In this document: piece after piece, positions 26,801-41,652 of the stretch | How positions within the stretch are numbered: position 1 is the first letter of the stretch | Layout: every line of letters starts with the position of its first letter | Notes under the pieces: model-generated | Told to the model about the DNA's origin: nothing | Seen by the model: only the letters and a program-made list of their open reading frames with translations | The model's database searches: none | Assembly (NCBI RefSeq): GCF_964355755.1 | Contig: NC_092670.1 | Coordinates: 8,112,201 to 8,176,200, forward strand | Origin: Antedon mediterranea | Taxonomy: Eukaryota > Animalia > Echinodermata | Length of the DNA stretch: 64,000 nt | Direction of reading: 5' to 3' | Position numbers and translations under genes: made by a program

Positions 26801-28377
26801 TCGTGACACCCTGTCTGGGGTGTTGATATTTATACATCGAATGTTTTATGGGCAATCACTCCTGAACCTAGCCAACGTAGGGCCAGGTAGCCTACGTTGG
26901 CTAGGTTCAGGACTGATTGCCCATAAAACAAAACTAACGTGAGCAATCTTTTGTAGTCAGTTCTTTAAATGTTTTTTTTTTTCGAATAACGGACAGCTTT
27001 CAGCATCATTATTTCTGCAATGATTATTATTATCTTAAAGATATATTGTCCGATGAAAAAAATGTTTTTTTTTAATCTTTTTGTTGAATATGTTATTTTA
27101 ATGTCACATAATAGTTATTCACTTTCACAAAAAATTGGGTCTTTAAAAAAATTATTTACCTGAAAAAACTGTAATTTAAAGCAAAAAATTGTCAAATTGT
27201 CTGGAAGCCAATGAGTTTTTGGGTAATTTAACTGTTTATTTTGTCTTTTTATAGTTGAAATAATTTTTTTCCCCGTTCTTTTTTCTTATGGAAGTGAACA
27301 ACTTCATTAAAACTGCATAATGGCCTATTCTTTATTTTTCATGATTTTGGGAGACAATACATCTTTAATTTTAAAATAAAGTATATATATTTTATAAGAT
27401 TATTAAATAATATTTTAAACGACAAAATATTAAATAGCCCCATTACTACAATTTTACTTAAGTAATAAGCAGGGCTCTAATGAAAACCATTTTCCGATTT
27501 TTTAATATACAGTAGAATACATTATAATAATAATTACTGACGACGTAGATATTAAATTGTCAAAGTATGAATACTGATCATATCTGATATTTTCAGGGGT
27601 TCCCTGATATTATAAAATAGATTAATATGATAGCAATAGAGACGGAGGCATGCTCAGCCATAATAACTTAACCAATAACAAATGTCAAAGATAGCTTCAC
27701 CCTGTCTTGCCCTTTTCACGTTTAAACTCCGCCTTCTAATTTAAATATTAAAACGGAGCCTACTCAAGCGTGGGACAAAATGTTTTAAAAAACGTTTTGT
27801 CCCACGCTTGAGTAGGCTCGGCTAACAAAATTTATTTTGTCTCGACAAAATGAATTTTGTTGCAACAAAATTCATTTTGTCTACACAGAATGAATTTTGT
27901 CTACACAGAATTAATTTTGTCCACACAGAATTAATTTTGTCCACACAGAATTAATTTTGTCGTTACAGAATGAATTTTGTCTACACAGAATTAATTTTGT
28001 CCACACAGAATTAATTTTGTCTACACAAAATTAATTTTGTCGTTACAGAATGAATTTTGTCGCCACAAAATGAATTTTGTCGTTACAGAATGAATTTTGT
28101 CTACACAGAATTAATTTTGTCAACACAGAATTAATTTTGTCAACACAGAATTAATTTTGTCTACACAGAATGAATTTTGTTTACACAGAATTAATTTTGT
28201 CGAGACAAAATAAATTTTGTCCACACAGAATAAATTTTGTCAACAAAAAATGAATTTTGTCAATACAAAATGAATTTTGTGTTGACAAAATGAATTTTGT
28301 ATTGACAAAATTAATTATGTGTAGACAAAATTGTAATATTTTGACAAAATTAGCAATGTCCCAAACGGCGCCCCGTA
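23892..28377. mobile_element. Non-autonomous foldback DNA transposon, IS3EU-like, copy 1
   Basis: Termini TACGGGGCGCCGT...ACGGCGCCCCGTA; 6-bp TSD TATATT; TIRs of about 0.6 kb built from a 20-bp minisatellite (gacaaaattcattctgtgta); no transposase ORF. Confidence 0.85.
25727..26811. mobile_element. Mutator-like MITE nested in the foldback element
   Basis: TIR gggtgtcacgaaacct...aggtttcgtgacaccc; 10-bp TSD TGTCTGGGGT; empty site in copy 2 at about 56535. Confidence 0.85.
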
Positions 28378-28818
28378 TATATTTGGTTGAGGCAAAGATA
28401 GTGTAGTTGGCTACTAACTATCTTTGGTTGAGGACACACACACCACGCCACACGACACGTGGTGTGAGGAGAGTAGTAGAGACACATGTGACATACACAT
28501 TTCAACGGGTTGATTTCACCAAAGATAGTGTTTGATTTCACTGTAAAGATAATGTACTTACAATACTAATGATTGATGAATATTTAAGTTAAGGTAGCTA
28601 GGCTAGTTACTATACATTACTTCTAGGTATAGGCCTCCTAGGCATGTTATTTCATGGAGTGATATTACTCAATGGTTAAGTAATTAATTTACTACCTAGC
28701 AGCTAGAATTTCGCTAGCATAGTAGTAACATGATAACCGATCAGTGCTACTGTACAGTTAGGTCGCAATTCAAATCGGCCGTGGTGTTACGTATTCGGTC
28801 GCTGCACCGCTCGACCTT
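28378..28818 (+). promoter_or_regulatory. Conserved upstream block, copy 2 (5' part at 23559-23891)
   Basis: Colinear with 45272-45925 once the foldback element is removed. Confidence 0.5.
28393..28426. mobile_element. 34-bp P-like remnant (putative excision footprint)
   Basis: caaagatagtgtagttg + gctactaactatctttg flanked by 7-bp TSD GTTGAGG; empty site at 45496. Confidence 0.75.
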
Positions 28819-29307
28819 CGCAGTTTCGAGGTATATTCAGAGCGTCATTTCGACGATCGAGCATTCTCTACTTCTACGGAGCGCCATTTATGCCTTTATT
28901 TACTTCCGAATTAGAAATAGTACTACGGTAACTGCTCCAGTGGACCAAATTTAGCACCGGTGGAGCACAGTGATATAAAATAGAAATAAGTCACTAATTT
29001 TAATATCTTTTCGTATGTATGTGCTCAAGTGGACACAATTTGGCGCCAGTGAAGAGCACAGTGATATAAAATAGAAATAAGTCACTGAATTTTAATATCT
29101 TTTCGTATGTTAATAACACTGTGCTCAAGTGGACCCAATTTGGAGCCATGGGAGCACAATTATATAAAATAAAAATAATCACTGAATTTTAATATCTTTT
29201 CGTATGTTAATGCACTGTGCTCAAGTGGACCCAATTTGGAGCCAGTGGAGCACAGTGATATAAAATAGAAAAAAAGTCACTGAATTTTAATATCTTTTCG
29301 TATGTTA

Positions 29308-30155
29308 CCGTATATTTCGGTGTATAAGTCGCACTTTTGACACGCAAATTTGACCTCTAAATTAAGGGTGCGTCTTATACACCGAACATAAATGCCTCAC
29401 CACACAGATTGTACATAGGCCTAGGCTATCGTCACCTCGTTTGCTAGGCCTGAGTAGGCTAGGCCTAGCTACAGTAACTAACTAACGTAACGGCAACCTG
29501 CTTCTGCCTAGGCCTAGTTTTCAAGTCATTTTAGCATGATGTTATACTAAATATGATGAAAAGATTTGTTTATTATGGCGCTCCGATAAAATTTCATTTG
29601 TAAACGTTTACGTCGTACGATTGGAATAGTATTTATTTATACAGTAGTTATACGCACGATCGCCGTACCCCAAGCGCAAGCCCTTCTTTTGGTGGCACAT
29701 GGTGTACGGTATTCGACTAGTATATTCTCCAGGTGATTATAGCATGGACCTAGCAAACACACTTCTCGGATACATAGATACTAATCGAATACGATTGTCC
29801 ATGAAAACGTGCGCCCTCTCGAAATGATCGAGCGAGGCTAGCCCACACACGTGCGTGTTACACACACGGTCATGCACTCGATGTTGCGGCGAAACTCATG
29901 AATAACAAGTTAGAAAGAACTTGTTGAGGCTGGGCGCGGTCGAGCCTAGGTAAGAAAAAACCTAAATAAAGGACGCCGTTGTAGATATAACAAAATATAT
30001 TATTACAATAATATTGATTACAATTTAAAAAAACATTGTTTTGATGAAATATAAGGTGCGTCTTATACATCGACGATATAAAAAATACCGATATTTTACT
30101 CTCAGTTGGGGGTGCGTCTTATACACAGGTGCGACTTATACACCGAAATATACGG
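29308..30155. mobile_element. Tc1/mariner (pogo-like) MITE
   Basis: Perfect 27-bp TIR ccgtatatttcggtgtataagtcgcac; TA TSD; neighbouring repeat units show the empty site. Confidence 0.9.
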
Positions 30156-31726
30156 TAATACACTGTGCTCAAGTGAACCCAATTTGGAGCCAGTGAAGCA
30201 CAGTGATATAAAATAGAAATAAGTCACTGAATTTTAATATCTTTTCGTATGTTAATACACTGTGCTCAAGTGAACCCAATTTGGAGCCAGTGGAGCACAG
30301 TGATATAAAATAGAAATAAGTCACTGAATGTTAATATCTTTTCGTATGTTAATACACTGTGCTCAAGTGAACCCAATTTGGAGCCAGTGGAGCACAGTGA
30401 TATAAAATAGAAATAAGTCACTGAATGTTAATATCTTTTCGTATGTTAATACACTGTGCTCAAGTGGACCTAATTTGGCGCCAGTGGAGCACAGTGATAT
30501 AAAATAGAAATAAGTCACTGAATTTTAATATATTTTCGTATGTTAATACACTGTGCTCACGTGGACCCAATTTGGCGCACGCGCCAGTGAGCACACAGTG
30601 ATATAAAATAGAAAAAAGTCACTAAATTATAATATCTTTTCGTATTTCAATACACTGTGCTCAAGTCAACCCAATTTGGCACCAACGGGAGCACAGGGAA
30701 ATAGTCACATACATAAACATCGAGAAAAAATACTTCTGGAATTTAAAAATATTTCAAACTTGGTATATTTGTTCAATATCGGTTACTCCATCCGTAAACC
30801 AAAATCATGTCAGTGATTTTAATAACTTGCGTTTGCTTAAGATACTACTTACGAAAAAACATACAATTCCGACACTATACTGTATGTTAAACTCTAATAA
30901 TGATTTTTACAAAAAAAAACCGGTTAGGAATTCGATTTTTTCCCTGTAAATTGAGCAACTTATAGAAATATATATTGAAATCAAGGAGTATTTTTTTTTT
31001 ACAAAAGAAATGTTCGTATGTTAATACACTGTGCTCCAGTGGATCCAATTTGGCGCCAGTGGAGCACAGGGAAATAGTCACATACAAAAACATCGAGAAA
31101 AAATACTTCTGGATTTCAAAAATATTTCAAACTTGGTATATAAGTTCAATATCGGTTACTCCATCCGTAATGCAAAAGAAAAATTAGTTTCAAGCCATAT
31201 CAGTGATTTTAGTAATTTCCGTTCGTTTAAAATGTATATTTATGATAGAATATAGAATTCCAACACATTTTTTAAACTTTAAATTTTGATCGTCATAAAA
31301 TAATTGTCCTACACATTTGAAATTTGGTAGTATACGTTCAATAGGTTACTACACGTTCAATATGTTACTACATAATTCATATTTTTAACATATGTCTTTT
31401 TTTTAATCGCTAAAGTTTAAAAAAAATGTGTTGGAATTGTATGTTCTTTCATAAGTATTTATCTTAGACAAACGCAAGTTATTAAAATCACTAATGTGGC
31501 TTGAAACTATTTTTTCTTTTGAATTACGGATGGAGTAACCGATATTGAACTTATATACCAAGTTTGAAATATTTTTGAATTCGATAAATATTTTTTCTAG
31601 AAGTTTTTATATGTGACTATTTCCCTGTGCTCCACTGGCGCCAAATTGGATCCACCGGAGCACAGTGTATTAACATACGAACATTTCTTTTGTAAAAAAA
31701 AATTACTCCTTGATTTCAATATATAT

Positions 31727-33316
31727 TTAGGTGATCATTTAGAATAAAATGATCACCTATTGTTATTGTATGAAATCTTTGTTATTATTTATTACTTTCT
31801 GTACAGATTTTGTGTAACAGATATCTCAAAAAGTTTAATGTCATTGATTACCAAAATTTCACAATGTCTTTCAAATACTTTAACTTAGGTCTAATAAGCT
31901 TTTCAGCGTGATCACTCAACCGTGACGTAATTTATACGCCATTTTGTGAAATCACATTATCAATCATATCTCCATAATTAATTATCACATATTAATGTAA
32001 TTCACTAAACGTAAACTTCAGGTCAAGGGTAAAAATATTAGCAAATAAAAACGCACACACACGTAGGGTCATGCGCGTGAAATCGCGCTTTAAAAATTAA
32101 AAAACCTCAAAATTAAGTTTTGATCAATTTAGAGCATGAATTAGGCCATTTGCGTGTTTTAAAAAATTACTGCGCAAAAAAAAGTTTTTGCACGTGCGAT
32201 ACTTAAAAAGCGTAAAAAATACGATTTTTTTTTACAAAACGCATTCTACTCACCATCTTTAGTACATTCACCAAATTTAAGTCAGTTCCGATATAAAATA
32301 ACGCTATACGAGCAGGTTCAAAATGACAAAATGCGCAAATTAATTGCATCAAAGTGTTGAAAATGGTGAAAAATGAGGCATTTTTAAAATGAAAATAATT
32401 CTTCAGAATGCACGATGACCCCCAATTACAATTTTTTTAACTTTTTCTGGAAGCCGTTGAGTTGTAGATATGAATTCATGTACACATTTTACGTACAAAA
32501 TGTTTTTACGTCATCAAATGGCCACTTGAATTTAAAATTAAGTTATTTTTCTCTTTTGTCATTCTTTTTCACATTCAATAGAACGCATCTCTGTTACTTT
32601 GTACCCGGTTTTTGCTCAATTTTCAGTATGTGATTGCTCAATTAATTGACTTTCTTATGACTTGCCACTACTTTTATTTTGATGACGTCATCACGCATAA
32701 AAACTTGATTAACATAGGTCGTGTAATTTCACCTTCACCGTAAATTTGAATATCTTACAGCTCTTCAGAATTAAAGATTACCTTGATGATTATAATTTAT
32801 TATGAAAGCAGATGAAATGTAGATATGAATTCATATAAAAATCAAGCCTATCGGATGTTGTGACGTTAACATATGGCCAGTTGAAGTTAAAAAGTAGTAT
32901 TTTCATCTTTTTCGTAAAAGTTATACAAATTTCAAAGAGCGCGTACAGCGCTTCTACGTGCCAAATTTTCTTCCAATTCTTATATTTATTTGCTCAATTC
33001 ATTATCTTTCAAAATTGTCATCTTTGAGTTTATTTTGATAATTCCATCATACCAAAAAATTGGAACATGATGTGTGTCCCGTAATTTCACCTATGCTACA
33101 CTGTATATAGATATACAGTATACTGTACATAATGTATATGGCATATAATAGGCACAACTCAGCACTATAAGCGTATGCATCATGTCATAGGATGGCGTAC
33201 ATCAACTTTGAACGATCGTATGTTAACGTACATGCATGTTTAAAAAGTTTTAATTTCATTAAAATGATAAAAATGATCACCTATAATTCGTCAAAGTGAC
33301 GAATTAAATTCTAGTT
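31727..33316 (+). mobile_element. Complete non-autonomous Helentron, family 1
   Basis: 5' palindrome AGGTGATCATTT-agaat-AAAATGATCACCT, 3' subTIR AAATGATCACCTA, hairpin, CTAG; inserted at a T-run in one foldback arm and absent from the other arm (about 30965). Confidence 0.85.
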
Positions 33317-34000
33317 TTAATTTAAGTTGCTCAATTTACAGGGAAAAAATCGAATTCCTAACCGTTTTTTTTGTTGTCAAAATCATTATTAGAGTTTAAC
33401 ATAATATGTGTCGGAATTGTATGTTTTTTCATAAGTATTATCTTAAGCGAAGGCAAGTTATTAAAATCACTGATGTGTCTTGAAACTATTTTTTCTTTTG
33501 GTTTACGGATGGAGTAACCGATATTGAACATATATACCAAGTTTCAAATATTTTTAAATTCCAGAAGTATTTTTTCTCGATGTTTTTGTATGTGACTATT
33601 TCCCTGTGCTCCCATTGGTGCCAAATTGGGTCCACTTGAGCACAGTGTATTAACAGACGAAAGGATATTAAAATTTAGTGACTTTTTTCTATTTTATATT
33701 ACTGAGCTCACTGGCGCGCGCGCCAAATTGGGTCCACGTAAGCACAGTGTATTAACATACGAAAAGATATTAAAATTCAGTGACTTATTTCTATTTATAT
33801 CACAGTGCTCCCCTGGCTCCAAATCGGGTCCACTTGAGCATAGTGTATATTAAATATGAAAAGATATTAAAATTCAGTGACTTTTTCCATTGTATATCAC
33901 TGTGCTCCACTGGCTCCAAATTGGGTTCACTTGAGCATAGTGTATATTAAATACGAAAAGATATTAAAATTCAGTGACTTTTTCCATTGTATATCACTGT

Positions 34001-34535
34001 GCTTATTTTTTCGTTCATAATTCATCAAATATGAAAGCAATATATCATAAAACTATAAAAAAACAATATTCAAGCACAAAAATGGGCTTTCTATGCTGCG
34101 TACGGGCTAAGTGCGCCAAGGCGTGCGCGCAACGCACATCTGAAATGCTTAAAATGTCCTGAAACGTGTAGAAAGTTAATTAGAAAATGATTTTGAGCAT
34201 TTTTAACTTTCAAAGCGTGCTTACGCACGAAAATACCAATGTTGAAAATGTTGCTGATGATACAGGAAGATGACCCTTGACATGAAGCATACATGTGTCA
34301 AGTGGTATTTAAAAATATTTATTGGTTTTCAATTTATAGTCAATCTACGCGAAAATATTTTCATTAAACCAAAGTTTCTTGCACAACTACATATATATGC
34401 GCATCTGCTGGCCAAGTTACAACATAACTGCTACCGCCGTTTTTTAGATCTGCATGCAACAAAAAATGAGCACGAAAATTGAAATTTTTGACAATAACAA
34501 TAGGCTATCGCTCTACAGATAGCGAAAGCCTAATA
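34001..34535 (-). mobile_element. Helentron family 3, truncated
   Basis: Nearly identical to 61808-62270, including terminal palindrome taggctatcgct...agcgaaagccta. Confidence 0.7.
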
Positions 34536-35063
34536 AAAATAGAAATCAATTTTAGAAAACAAAACTTTAAGTTTAAATTTTGCATATTAATTGTATTTTG
34601 GAATGAAGTTATTGACATATTTTTAAAGTTGAAAGTAATATAAGTGCATTCTAGCTTTTAGATGAACGATAAGTAAAAAGTTTTGTTGCCTTGAAAACAA
34701 TTCCAGGTGGGGAAAACTAAATCGTATCCTAATAGTATTAAAAGTCAATTTTTACTTCACAAGCTGCATCTATTTCAGCTTCGGTTTCAGTACCTGCTTT
34801 TGCTGTCTGGAATAATAATACAGTACTGTATTTAATAATGTATTATTATAAATAATTTGTAAACTATGGAAGTTTTCTTCCATACAGTAGTTATTTATAA
34901 TTTTTTTAGCCTACAAAAGTTTCATTCTTTTTGCCTTTTTAGTTGTTTTTTATGGAAATATTATCTTTAAACAAACCAGTGAAAAACAATTCTCAAACAA
35001 TGAATAGTCTATTGTTATTAGTTAATTTAACAACATATTTTCTTTCAGATTACAGAATACAGC

Positions 35064-36809
35064 ATGAAATATAAATGTGAACACTGTGGAGTTAAGTTGG
35101 AATTCAGTGACTTGAAAGAACATTTAGGATTACACACTCATTCTAAAGAAATAAAATGTGAGCTGTGTAAGCTACATAACCAGACACCATATGAATGTGA
35201 ACATTGTGGGAAGAAATTTAAACAAAGCTGGAATTTAAAAATGCATTTGAGAAAACACACAAGAGCGACACAATATGAAAATTGTGGTATGAAATTTAAA
35301 CAAAATTTAAAGATTCTATTGAGAAAATACACAGGCGAGACACCATATGATTGTGAACATGGTGGTAAGAAATTTAAACAAAATGGAAATTGGAAAATAC
35401 ATTTGAGAAAACACAAAAGAGAGGCACCATATGAATGTGAACATTGTGGAATGAAATTTACACGGAATGCTACTTTGTCAGCACATTTAAAAACACATAA
35501 CACACCTTATGAATGTGAACATTGTGGGAAGAAATTTAAATGGAAGCTGACTTTGGAAACACATTTGAGAACACACAAAAGAGAGGCATCATATGAATGT
35601 GAAAATTGTGGGAAGAAATTTAGAAAAAATGTAAATTTAAAAATGCATTTAAGAATACACACAAGAGAGACACCATATGAATGTGAACATTGTGGACAGA
35701 AATTTACACAAAATGGAAATTTGAAAATGCATTTGAGAACACACAGAGGAGAGACACCATATGAATGTCAACATTGTGGACAGAAATTTAAACAAAATGG
35801 AAATTTGAAAATGCATTTGAGAACACACACAGGAGAGACACCATATGAATGTGAACATTGTGGTAAAAAATTTAAACAAAATGGAAATTTGAAAAGACAT
35901 TTGAGAACACACACAGGAGAGACACCATATGAATGTGAACATTGTGGTAAGAAATTTAAACAAAGTGGTGATTTGAAAAGACATTTGAGAACACACACAG
36001 GAGATACACCATATGAATGTGAACATTGTGGTAAGAAATTTAAACAAAATGGAAGTTTGAAGATACATTTGAGAACACACACAGGAGAGACACCATATGA
36101 ATGTGAACATTGTGGTAAGAAATTTAAAAACAATGGAAATTTGAATATACATTTGAGAATACACACAAAAGAGACACCATATGAATGTGAACATTGTAAT
36201 AAGAAATTTAAACAAAGTGGTGATTTGAAAAGGCATTTGAGAAAACACACAGGAGAGACACCATATGAATGTAAACATTGTAATAAGAAATTTAAACTAA
36301 GCTGGAATTTGAAATTTCATTTGAGAACACGCAGAGGAGAGACACCATATGAATGTGAACATTGTGGTAAGAAATTTAAACTAAGCGGGAATTTGAAGAT
36401 GCATTTGAGAACACACACAGGAGAGACACCATATGAACGTGAACATTGTGGTAAGAAATTTAAACAAAGTGGAAGTTTGAAGATACATTTGAGAACACAC
36501 ACAGGAGAGACACCATATGAATGTCAACATTGTGTACAGAAATTTAAACACAATGGAAATTTGAAAATGCATTTGAGAACACACACAGGAAAGACACCAT
36601 ATGAATGTGAACATTGTGGAAAGAAATTTAAACGAAATGGAAATTTGAAAAAGCATTTGAGAATACACACAGGAGAGACACCATATGAATGTGAACATTG
36701 TGGTAAAAAATTTAAACGAAATGAACATTTGAAGATACATTTGAGAACACACACAGGAGAGACACCATATGAATGTCAACATTGTGGACAGAAATTTAAA
36801 CTAAGCTGA
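35064..36809 (+). CDS. Type-A C2H2 ZNF locus 6, minisatellite-like finger array (581 aa, about 20 units)
   Basis: Acceptor tttcag at 35048, ATG at 35064. Ends at an in-finger TGG>TGA (compare LSWNL at about 36297). Confidence 0.85.
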   Translation: MKYKCEHCGVKLEFSDLKEHLGLHTHSKEIKCELCKLHNQTPYECEHCGKKFKQSWNLKMHLRKHTRATQYENCGMKFKQNLKILLRKYTGETPYDCEHGGKKFKQNGNWKIHLRKHKREAPYECEHCGMKFTRNATLSAHLKTHNTPYECEHCGKKFKWKLTLETHLRTHKREASYECENCGKKFRKNVNLKMHLRIHTRETPYECEHCGQKFTQNGNLKMHLRTHRGETPYECQHCGQKFKQNGNLKMHLRTHTGETPYECEHCGKKFKQNGNLKRHLRTHTGETPYECEHCGKKFKQSGDLKRHLRTHTGDTPYECEHCGKKFKQNGSLKIHLRTHTGETPYECEHCGKKFKNNGNLNIHLRIHTKETPYECEHCNKKFKQSGDLKRHLRKHTGETPYECKHCNKKFKLSWNLKFHLRTRRGETPYECEHCGKKFKLSGNLKMHLRTHTGETPYEREHCGKKFKQSGSLKIHLRTHTGETPYECQHCVQKFKHNGNLKMHLRTHTGKTPYECEHCGKKFKRNGNLKKHLRIHTGETPYECEHCGKKFKRNEHLKIHLRTHTGETPYECQHCGQKFKLS

Positions 36810-38481
<1,672 letters not shown>

Positions 38482-39225
38482 TTAAGTAAACAACTTTATA
38501 TATTTATAAGCATTTAATAACATGTTTTATTGATATTTCCAATGGTGATATATAAAATAAATTACTAAAAAACGTAATTTTATATGTAATTATTTTAACC
38601 AAAAATGGCGTTAGAATTGTCGACTGAGAGAGGGCGACAAAGTAGTGTGTGTATCATGCTGGCTGAGATCTTTTAAAAAGTCAAGAATTTGCATTTGTTT
38701 TACCTGGTAAAGTGAGGTATTTTGGTTTTCTAGGGTTGCTAACTTCTCTCGTACTACATATTCATAACTTTATTTTCAATGGCAAACAGAAATATTCCGA
38801 AAAAAACTGCCGAGAAAGCTAGGCCTCAACAGCGGGGGCTTAGTAGTGAATCAGTGATGCAGTGCTCTGCTGAAAAAGGTGGTGTTGCAGGGGCCCATGG
38901 TGGGATAGGCCTAGGCCTAGAAGAGGCTGACAATTTTGGAAAGGCTATTTTTGTATGTGAAGGTAACGCAAACCAACCATGTGGGAAGGTGTTGATTGAA
39001 GGAAAGGATAACAGTATTGCTTGTGATGCCTGTGAAAAATGGTATCATATTAAATGCCAAAAGATTTCTAAAGCTCAGTATACCGCTTTCAGTGAGGAAG
39101 ATTCTCCCCCCATTTATTTGCATTTCTTGTAGGGGAAATGAGGGCTCAATTGCTAAGTTGTTCAGGGGCTCGCACATTTTAAATACACTAGAAGAGCGCT
39201 TTGCATCCATCGACTTATCCCTTAA

Positions 39226-41129
39226 AATGGACCTGAAATGGAATTTCGATTTTCAAGAAATTCACACATCTTATTTAAATGTATCAAATTAACACAAACC
39301 CATACAAATAAAAACAAAATGTATAGTATTTTGAGTAAAAACGAAATTTTAAGATACCATGGTAAATTAGCGAAAATTACTCACGCCATTGCAATATTCT
39401 ATTTCAACGGCCGTCGGAAGCCTCTATATTCACGACGTCACATACACACGATGATCGAGAGCGTGTATGCCGCCCGATAGTCAGTGAATGATCGACGGCC
39501 TGGAAAGATACGCGAAGCGTTGACACTAATACTAATTTATTCAATATCTAATGTTGTTGAAATATAGGTCCCTAAAATGTACTTCGTTTGTTCTAAAACA
39601 CGAATTTAGAAGGCCTACCTCCCAAACCTTTACTAGGCCTCTAGGCCCCCAATCCAGCGCGCGGAGTCGATCCACCACCCACATCACATGCGGCGAGGCT
39701 CCGTTTCATGTGCATCCAAGGACCAAAGCGATATCAACAACTTGCTGCGCTCATTGTCAAGCCAAAGTAAAATATGAATAACATTCGTTTTCGAACTGCC
39801 TGATTCGTGACAAATAAATTATCATCTCATATTACTAATTTAATTCTGCTAAACTAAAAACACATTTTAGCAGTATAAATTACGAACGATATACAAAATA
39901 CACGAACGGAAAATATGGATACGCATCATTGCGCACGGAGCTGCATCCCGGACGCGATTTTTTTTTTCGTACATAAGTTGGGGACCCCCTCATGAAACGT
40001 CACAAAATAAACATGAATAATTCATCAGTTAAATTTTCTTGTTCCGTGTGCACCCAAGCGTATAGCAACAAGAAGTGATTACACAATAGTGCGGTACGAT
40101 TCTAGGCCTCCGCTGTTGTTGCGGCGTGCGATTTCATAGAAGATAGCGGCGTTTTGTGTGGATTGTCGAAATAATCAGCCTTTAGTTTATGGTGTTTTTA
40201 ATATAATTTATTACTAAAGAATTACGTGTTAAAATTATAGTTTCTATTAATACTATTAGGCCTAATTATTAGTCTCTAAACCCATGTCTATTCTAGTAGT
40301 AGCTGTGGGTGTGTGTGACGTGTGTGTGTTAGGTATGACCAAAGATAGTTATTAGTTATTAGTTGTTTGATAATAAAATAGCAGAATTAAAAAAATACAG
40401 TACACAAATTATACACATTCTTTATTCTTGTGGGTCTAAGCTTTCTTTGGGCTATGTCCAATGAATTACTACTTAGTTTAATGTCTTGCCTAGCTGTCGA
40501 TTAGCCTCGACTCGACACATTTTGTGTGAAGAAGAGTGTGCGCGAAGGCAATCACGTGAATTGACTTAGAATCCTAGGCCTACTGTAGAAAGTATCGTAT
40601 CGCAGTTGTGTAATCACTTCTTGTTGCTATACGCTTGGGTGCACACGGAACAACAAATTTAACTGATGAATTATTCATGTTCATTTTGTGACGTTTCATG
40701 AGGGGGTCCCCAACTTATGTACGAAAAAAAAAATCGCGTCCCAACATTGCCAGGCCAACTTCGGTATTGCCAGAAAAAAAACGTTGATTTTAAGATTTTA
40801 AATCGTCATTTACTCGATGAATAACCGTTTATACGGTAATAATTTTATCTAAAAAAATTCTAAATACGTTTCTGCAAATGCACAAGCATTTTTTAGAAAA
40901 TACTCCATAGATTTCAAGAGTTATAGCCAAAAAACTGCAAATTTTCCATTGGAGGGATAGGAATATATTCGCAAAGTGACGTCACCCGCGAATTTTTTGA
41001 TTTTCAAATGGGGCTTTCCCCAAAAGGGCCAATTTATATTTTGTAACAATATACATTCTAGCAACACCTAATAGCCCCCAAAACATCATTCTAAAATGAA
41101 AAAAATCAAAAATCTATTTCAGGTCCATT
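39226..41129. mobile_element. Non-autonomous Kolobok-type DNA transposon inside LINE ORF1
   Basis: TTAA TSD (39222-25, 41130-33); perfect 14-bp TIR aatggacctgaaat. Confidence 0.85.
39950..40741. repeat. Inverted repeat with arms of about 140 bp (possible nested MITE)
   Basis: 39950-40087 is the reverse complement of 40605-40741; no TSD seen. Confidence 0.75.
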
Positions 41130-41652
41130 TTAATGATGTAACGAGGCGTGTATGTCAGTTAGAAGAGAAGACTGATTTTAAAGATAGTGAGGAGTTTAAT
41201 TCCGCTGTTGACAAAAAACTAAACGATTTTAAAATTGAAATCGATGCTCAACAAGCGAGGAAGTCGAACCTCATTATCCAGGGTCTTAAAGAATCAAATA
41301 AGTTAACATCAGACGAAAAGAAAGCAGATGATATTGAAATTGTTAAACGGATGGCTTTGGTTGCCTGTGTTGGTAACGTTGATATTAAGACAGCTTTTAG
41401 GATTCATGATAATAACCCAAATACAAATTCTACTAAACCGAGACTACTTAAAGTTGTATTTACTGATGAAGCTACCAAGCTTAGTTTGTTGTCTGGTCGG
41501 GCAAGAAATAAATTACAAAAATCTGCCGACTTTCATAATGTATTAATGTTTCCTGATCGAACCCTTAAGGAGAGAAAGGCTAGAAAACAACTCGTAGAAA
41601 TGAGGAACCAAAAAATCTGGGAGCTCGAAAGTCGCGGGATAAAAGAAAAACG

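Larger units (their letters stand above)
28932..34001. repeat. Large palindromic (foldback) array of about 97-bp units
   Basis: Units gtgctcaagtggacccaatttggagccagtggagcacag... run forward 28932-31080 and inverted 31620-34001; symmetry centre about 31300-31400; interrupted by a MITE and a Helentron. Confidence 0.85.

Noticed and set aside
23892-28377. Polinton (because of the 6-bp TSD and long TIRs)
   Set aside because: Termini are TACGG rather than the AG...CT typical of Polintons; no coding content; no visible link to the pPolB fossil.
36807-36809. Selenocysteine or programmed readthrough at the in-frame TGA
   Set aside because: It aligns to TGG (Trp) in a sister finger, not to Cys; simplest reading is a nonsense mutation. 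No SECIS recognised.
40340-40370. Another P-like footprint (caaagatagtt...tttg)
   Set aside because: No 7-bp TSD and no empty paralog for comparison.
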